Positions 52,645 through 56,820 of a stretch of DNA of 56,820 bases are shown piece by piece (positions within the stretch are counted from its first letter, which is position 1; the number at the start of each line of letters is the position of its first letter). The stretch is from the sequence record SRR20825010_765. One strand, 5' to 3'. A program made the translations under genes and the position numbers. Below the pieces are notes generated by a model. The model was not told the origin of the DNA. It did not search any database and saw only the letters and a list, made by a program, of their open reading frames with translations.

Positions 52645-54114
52645 ATGAAAGGCACCCTCAAGCAGCTCGAACGCGCCATCGATAACGCGACGACCTATGA
52701 CGAATGGTACGAAGCCAGCCAGGAACACGACCGCCTTTCCGGCGCCGACGAATGGAAGGAAGTGGACCGTTCCCCCTACTACGATTACGAGCTGATTCGT
52801 AATCGCCTCTGGCAGATTCGCCAGGCCCGCGAACGCAACGATGTGAACAAGCTGGTCTTCCATTTACATGAAGGCCTGCACGGTAATCTGGGCAACATTT
52901 CCAACCCGCGCCTTTATCAGCACAGCCGCGTGGGCACCAAACGCCTGATCGAAAACTACCTGACCGAAGTGTCCACCGCGTTGAACTACCTGTGCGACAG
53001 CAACTTCAAGGAATTCGGCTTGAAAGACAAGCTCGATTTCTTTGAAACCACCGGCCAGGCTTTCGGGCAAAGTTGCCTGATGCTTTCCGGCGGTGCGGCC
53101 CTGGGCCTGTTCCATATTGGGGTGGCCCGCTGCCTGTGGGAGCAGAACCTGCTGCCTTCGGTGATATCCGGCTCCAGTGCCGGCAGCATCATCGGCTCAG
53201 TGGTGGGCACTCACAACGATGAAGAATTGAAGGTGAAACTGGAGCCGGAAAACATTTATCTGGAAGCCTTCAAGGTGCTGGGCTGGAAAGGTCTGGTACG
53301 CGGCACCCCGGTGCTGGACGGCGACCATCTGGAAGCCTGCCTGGAAGAAAACATCACCGACATGACCTTCGAAGAGGCCTATCGACACACCGGTCGCGAA
53401 ATCAATATTACCGTGAGTCCCTATGACCGCAACCAGCACGCGCGCCTGCTGAACTGGCGCACCTCTCCCAATGTGCTGATCCGCAAAGCTTCGCTGGCGT
53501 CCTGTGCAATTCCCGGCATTTATCCGCCGGTCTCCCTGTGGGCAAAGAACATCGACGGCGAGCGGGTTCCCTACATCCCCGGCCGCAAGTTTGTTGACGG
53601 CTCCATCGTCGACGACCTGCCCATTCGCCGGCTGGCCCGCCTTTACGGGGTCAACCACTCCATTGTCAGCCAGACTAATCCCCATGTGGTGCCGTTTCTG
53701 TCCCGCAATGAAAACACCGACAGCTCTCTTAGCACTTTGGGTGACTGGGCGCTGCGCAACGTCTCCATGAACCTGCGCTATGGCCTGCAACTGGTGCAGC
53801 GCCGGGTGGCGTCCAACGACATGGGCTTGATGATCGACAAGGCGAAGAGCATGGTGACGCAGAAGTATATCGGCGACATCAACATGATCCCTCCCCGCCA
53901 ACCGCTCAACGCCTTGCGGGTTCTGAATAACCCCACGCTGCAAGATGTGCGAAACTATATCCGTAAAGGCGAACAGGCGACCTGGCCGAAACTCGACATG
54001 GTGGCCAATACCACCTGTATCAGCCGCACCTTCCGCGACTGTCGAGCACGCCTGGACCGTATCGAAGAACGCATGCTGGATCGGGTAAACATGACTGCGG
54101 TGGCCAACCAGTAA
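52645..54114 (+). CDS. Patatin-like lipase with DUF3336 N-domain (triacylglycerol lipase-like)
   Basis: LSGGA, GSSAG, DGS motifs. Confidence 0.88.
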   Translation: MKGTLKQLERAIDNATTYDEWYEASQEHDRLSGADEWKEVDRSPYYDYELIRNRLWQIRQARERNDVNKLVFHLHEGLHGNLGNISNPRLYQHSRVGTKRLIENYLTEVSTALNYLCDSNFKEFGLKDKLDFFETTGQAFGQSCLMLSGGAALGLFHIGVARCLWEQNLLPSVISGSSAGSIIGSVVGTHNDEELKVKLEPENIYLEAFKVLGWKGLVRGTPVLDGDHLEACLEENITDMTFEEAYRHTGREINITVSPYDRNQHARLLNWRTSPNVLIRKASLASCAIPGIYPPVSLWAKNIDGERVPYIPGRKFVDGSIVDDLPIRRLARLYGVNHSIVSQTNPHVVPFLSRNENTDSSLSTLGDWALRNVSMNLRYGLQLVQRRVASNDMGLMIDKAKSMVTQKYIGDINMIPPRQPLNALRVLNNPTLQDVRNYIRKGEQATWPKLDMVANTTCISRTFRDCRARLDRIEERMLDRVNMTAVANQ

Positions 54115-54314
54115 GCCACACCCCATTACCGACACAACCCGCCGGCCTTCAAAGTGGCCGGCGCGGTTCTCTGGGGACCACCACGCTCATCTGTGAAAAT
54201 GAACACCAAGGCATACAGGCCCACTGCCAACCTCCAACGCCGCTGGCGTCGGAGCCTCATCGGCTTGGAAATACCGGAGCGGGCTCCCTTACACACAAAC
54301 ACAAAGGCGCCTGG

Positions 54315-55589
54315 CTAACGCACCACCGGCAAATCACTCCAGCGACTGGTATAGGCCGGGGACAGGTGCGCCCTGCGCATGGCCCAGGCACTACGCTGAT
54401 CGGTCTGCATGCCCCGCCCCGCCAGCCATACCTTGCCGGCACCGCTCTGGTTAATCGTATCCATTACCGTCATCAAGGCGTTGCCCCTGTCATCAGGTTC
54501 CCCTTGCTGCGCAAACAATCCATCCTGGACCTGATCACGTCCGCGCAAGTCGGTGAGAATCACTCCGGCTTTTCCATAGCGGTACCCTGGCTTCCATAAC
54601 TGCGCCAGCAAGGCCTGAGCCTGATGCACCACAACACGAGTGTCCGCTGTGGCGGGCGACAAGGCGGCACCAAGCGTATCGGGGAACAATTGTTGGGGCT
54701 TACCCATCGGGGCGGTGCGCAAATAGACCGCTACCTGACCAGTGTACAAATTCTCCTTGCGCAAGGACTCCATGGCCCGGAAAGCAAAGTCACTCAGCGC
54801 CTGACGCAACGGCGGCAAGGCGGTTACCGGCTCACCAAATGAACGGGAATGAATCACCTGCTGGCGCGGCAAAGGCTGCGTGTCCAGAGACAGACAAGGC
54901 TCCCCGTTCAGCTCCCGCACCAGCCGTTCCTGCACCACGGAAAACCGCCGACGGATCATGCCGCTATCCGCCCGGGCCAGGTCCAGTGCCGTCTCGATAC
55001 CCAGCGACTCAAGGCGCCCCGACAACCGGCGCCCCACTCCCCACACGCGGGACACCGGCGTTAACGCCAGCAGTTTTTTCCGGCGCGCCGGGTCGGTCAG
55101 CACCACGGTGCCGCCCGTGGCGGGATAGCGCTTGGCCGCATGATTGGCGAGTTTGGCCAACACCTTGGTGGGCGCTATCCCCACGCATACCGGCACCCCG
55201 ACCCAGCGGGCAATGCGCGCTCGTACCTGCTGCGCCAGCGGCAACAGCTCCGCCTCCCCCATCAACGACAGATCCAGAAACGCCTCATCAATGGAATACA
55301 CCTCCACCTGAGGCGCCAGGGTTTCCAAGGTCGCCATCACCCGCTGGGAAATATCCCCGTAAAGGGCATAGTTGGATGAAAAAACCACGATTTTGTGGCG
55401 GGCAATCAAATCACGAGCCAGGTGTACCGGCATGCCGGTTTTCACCCCCAGCGCCTTGGCTTCCGCAGACCCGGCTACAATGCAGCCGTCATTATTGGAA
55501 AGCACCACCACAGGTCGCCCCTGCAGATCCGGGCGGAACAGGCGCTCACAGGCGGCATAGAAGCTGTTGCAGTCAACCAGGGCAAACAT
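54315..55589 (-). CDS. umuC: Y-family DNA polymerase V catalytic subunit
   Basis: LVDCNSFYA.CE, SNNDGC, YSIDE, W.M.R..LSP.YT. Confidence 0.93.
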   Translation of the reverse strand: MFALVDCNSFYAACERLFRPDLQGRPVVVLSNNDGCIVAGSAEAKALGVKTGMPVHLARDLIARHKIVVFSSNYALYGDISQRVMATLETLAPQVEVYSIDEAFLDLSLMGEAELLPLAQQVRARIARWVGVPVCVGIAPTKVLAKLANHAAKRYPATGGTVVLTDPARRKKLLALTPVSRVWGVGRRLSGRLESLGIETALDLARADSGMIRRRFSVVQERLVRELNGEPCLSLDTQPLPRQQVIHSRSFGEPVTALPPLRQALSDFAFRAMESLRKENLYTGQVAVYLRTAPMGKPQQLFPDTLGAALSPATADTRVVVHQAQALLAQLWKPGYRYGKAGVILTDLRGRDQVQDGLFAQQGEPDDRGNALMTVMDTINQSGAGKVWLAGRGMQTDQRSAWAMRRAHLSPAYTSRWSDLPVVR

Positions 55590-55594
55590 GGCCG

Positions 55595-55987
55595 TTACCC
55601 ACCGCCCCGCAAGGCGTGCAGGCAAAACGTCACCACCCCGAACAGGTCCACACCCTCACCACCAATGGGTATCGGCGCATAGGCAGGATTACGGGGCTTG
55701 AGCATCGGCGTCGGCAGCAACTGCAATTCTTTCACCGTGAATTCGCCATCCAGCGAGGCGACCACCACATCGCCCGCAGCGGCTTCCAGTGAGCGGTCCA
55801 CAATCAGAATGTCCCCGGAAAAAATACCGGCATCAACCATGGAGTCCCCTTCCACACGCAACAGGAAGGTGGACGCTGGCCGGCGGATGCATAACCGGTT
55901 CAGATCCAGGTGCTCATCCAGATACCCCTGGGCCGGAGACGGGAACCCCGCAGAAATACGCTCACTAAAAAAAGGCAGGGCAGACAT
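55595..55987 (-). CDS. umuD: DNA polymerase V autoproteolytic subunit
   Basis: AGFPSPA, GDSM, GEFTVK. Confidence 0.93.
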   Translation of the reverse strand: MSALPFFSERISAGFPSPAQGYLDEHLDLNRLCIRRPASTFLLRVEGDSMVDAGIFSGDILIVDRSLEAAAGDVVVASLDGEFTVKELQLLPTPMLKPRNPAYAPIPIGGEGVDLFGVVTFCLHALRGGG

Positions 55988-56031
55988 AACAACACACCGG
56001 AAATCCACAGTCTGACAAGCATGGCAAAACA

Positions 56032-56047
56032 CTGTCTTCATGTACAG
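56032..56047. promoter_or_regulatory. LexA (SOS) box upstream of umuD
   Basis: CTGT-CTTCATGT-ACAG fits CTGT-N8-ACAG. Confidence 0.85.
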
Positions 56048-56220
56048 TTATTATGCCGTGCAACGCCCGCTCCCTTCACACGAGATCAATCACAAGAAGG
56101 CGACAAAACGACAAGCAACGCCTATCCATCTTCTGCAACGGCTGACGTAACTTACGGTGATACACCTTGTGTGCTGCGCCCATTGCCTTCGAGCCCGCAC
56201 GGAGTAAACAGGAGGCCACC

Positions 56221-56514
56221 ATGAGCACCGATAACCATCACCGCTGGATGTCCGATTTCCTGGAAGAAATGGGCCTTCCCGCCCGGACCGAATTTCAGGG
56301 CTATGTTCTGTTCAACCTGGAGCAGAATGCCTTTATCGCCACCAGCAAACGCAACCCGCAGACGCCACATCAGCAACAGGTCAAACCCTGTGCCTGGGCC
56401 CACTGCTACCCCGACATCATGCACGCCAGTGATGCCGCCAGCGAACTGGGGAGCGAATACGAAATCCGCGCACTTTTCCGACTCGACGGTCGACACCTGT
56501 CCTGTTCGGTGTGA
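56221..56514 (+). CDS. Hypothetical protein (97 aa)
   Basis: AGGAGG RBS before ATG; host-like codon usage. Confidence 0.7.
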   Translation: MSTDNHHRWMSDFLEEMGLPARTEFQGYVLFNLEQNAFIATSKRNPQTPHQQQVKPCAWAHCYPDIMHASDAASELGSEYEIRALFRLDGRHLSCSV

Positions 56515-56544
56515 TTGGGGGATCAGGGATTTGATAGGGAAATC

Positions 56545-56722
56545 AAGACGCCCGGAACTGGATGCTGGATGCCTGGAACCTAAAGTCAAAACCCCACCGT
56601 TTTGCTGGAACGGCCCTGCGGGCATGCAGATTGGGGACGCAGGGAACGCGTCAACAAGGGCAGCCGTGATGTCACTTTCGATTTATTGCGTCCGGCATCC
56701 AGCATCAAGCGTTTTGCATCTA
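56545..56722. repeat. Inverted heptamer-tract element
   Basis: Left AAGACGC CCGGAAC TGGATGC TGGATGC; right GCGTCCG GCATCCA GCATCAA GCGTTTT GCATCTA. Confidence 0.6.
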
Positions 56723-56724
56723 GC

Positions 56725-56768
56725 CCAGACATAAAAAAACCGCCAAAAGGCGGTTTTTTTATGTCTGG
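56725..56768 (-). terminator. Terminator directly after tRNA-Gly
   Basis: Perfect 20-bp inverted repeat CCAGACATAAAAAAACCGCC-AAAA-GGCGGTTTTTTTATGTCTGG. Confidence 0.8.
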
Positions 56769-56820
56769 AGCGGGTGAAGAGAATCGAACTCTCGTATGCA
56801 GCTTGGGAAGCTGCCGTTCT
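56766..56820 (-). tRNA. tRNA-Gly (anticodon CCC), 5' end beyond the window
   Basis: Minus strand ...GCAGCTTCCCAAGCTGC anticodon arm, GTTCGATTC T-loop, ends CGCTCCA. Confidence 0.92.

Noticed and set aside
54277-54284. GGAGCGGG as an att duplication of the tRNA-Gly 3' end
   Set aside because: Only 8 bp; expected by chance in GC-rich DNA

Overview
GC-rich marine gammaproteobacterial chromosome segment; the gene content and protein sequences suggest Alcanivorax (inference). Most of it is housekeeping or core-accessory DNA: class I fumarase, acyP/yihY/arsC/wrbA, an RDD-SpoIIM-DUF4129-DUF4350-MoxR-DUF58 operon, Fur-boxed FecI/FecR/TonB-receptor and PepSY iron clusters, epmC, a MATE pump, tusA/rlmM, purU, a beta-oxidation thiolase/multifunctional enzyme pair, smrA, sthA, hda, purMN, dcd, apbC, LexA-boxed umuDC and the 3' part of tRNA-Gly(CCC). 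Two things stand out. (1) The 1432-aa ORF at 39250-43548 looks like a polyprotein: two CSLREA/rhombotarget-like exported modules joined by an internal GlyGly-CTERM anchor followed immediately by a second, internal signal peptide. (2) The AT-richer left end (1-2010) holds an integrase-less integron-like cassette array with two very short (48-49 bp) attC-like sites, an attI-like end, two unknown membrane-protein cassettes and an IS3-type end. Also seen: period-7 palindromic intergenic elements, two single-base frameshifts and two small ORFs whose true extent the ORF track misses. All calls come from reading the sequence; no searches were run.
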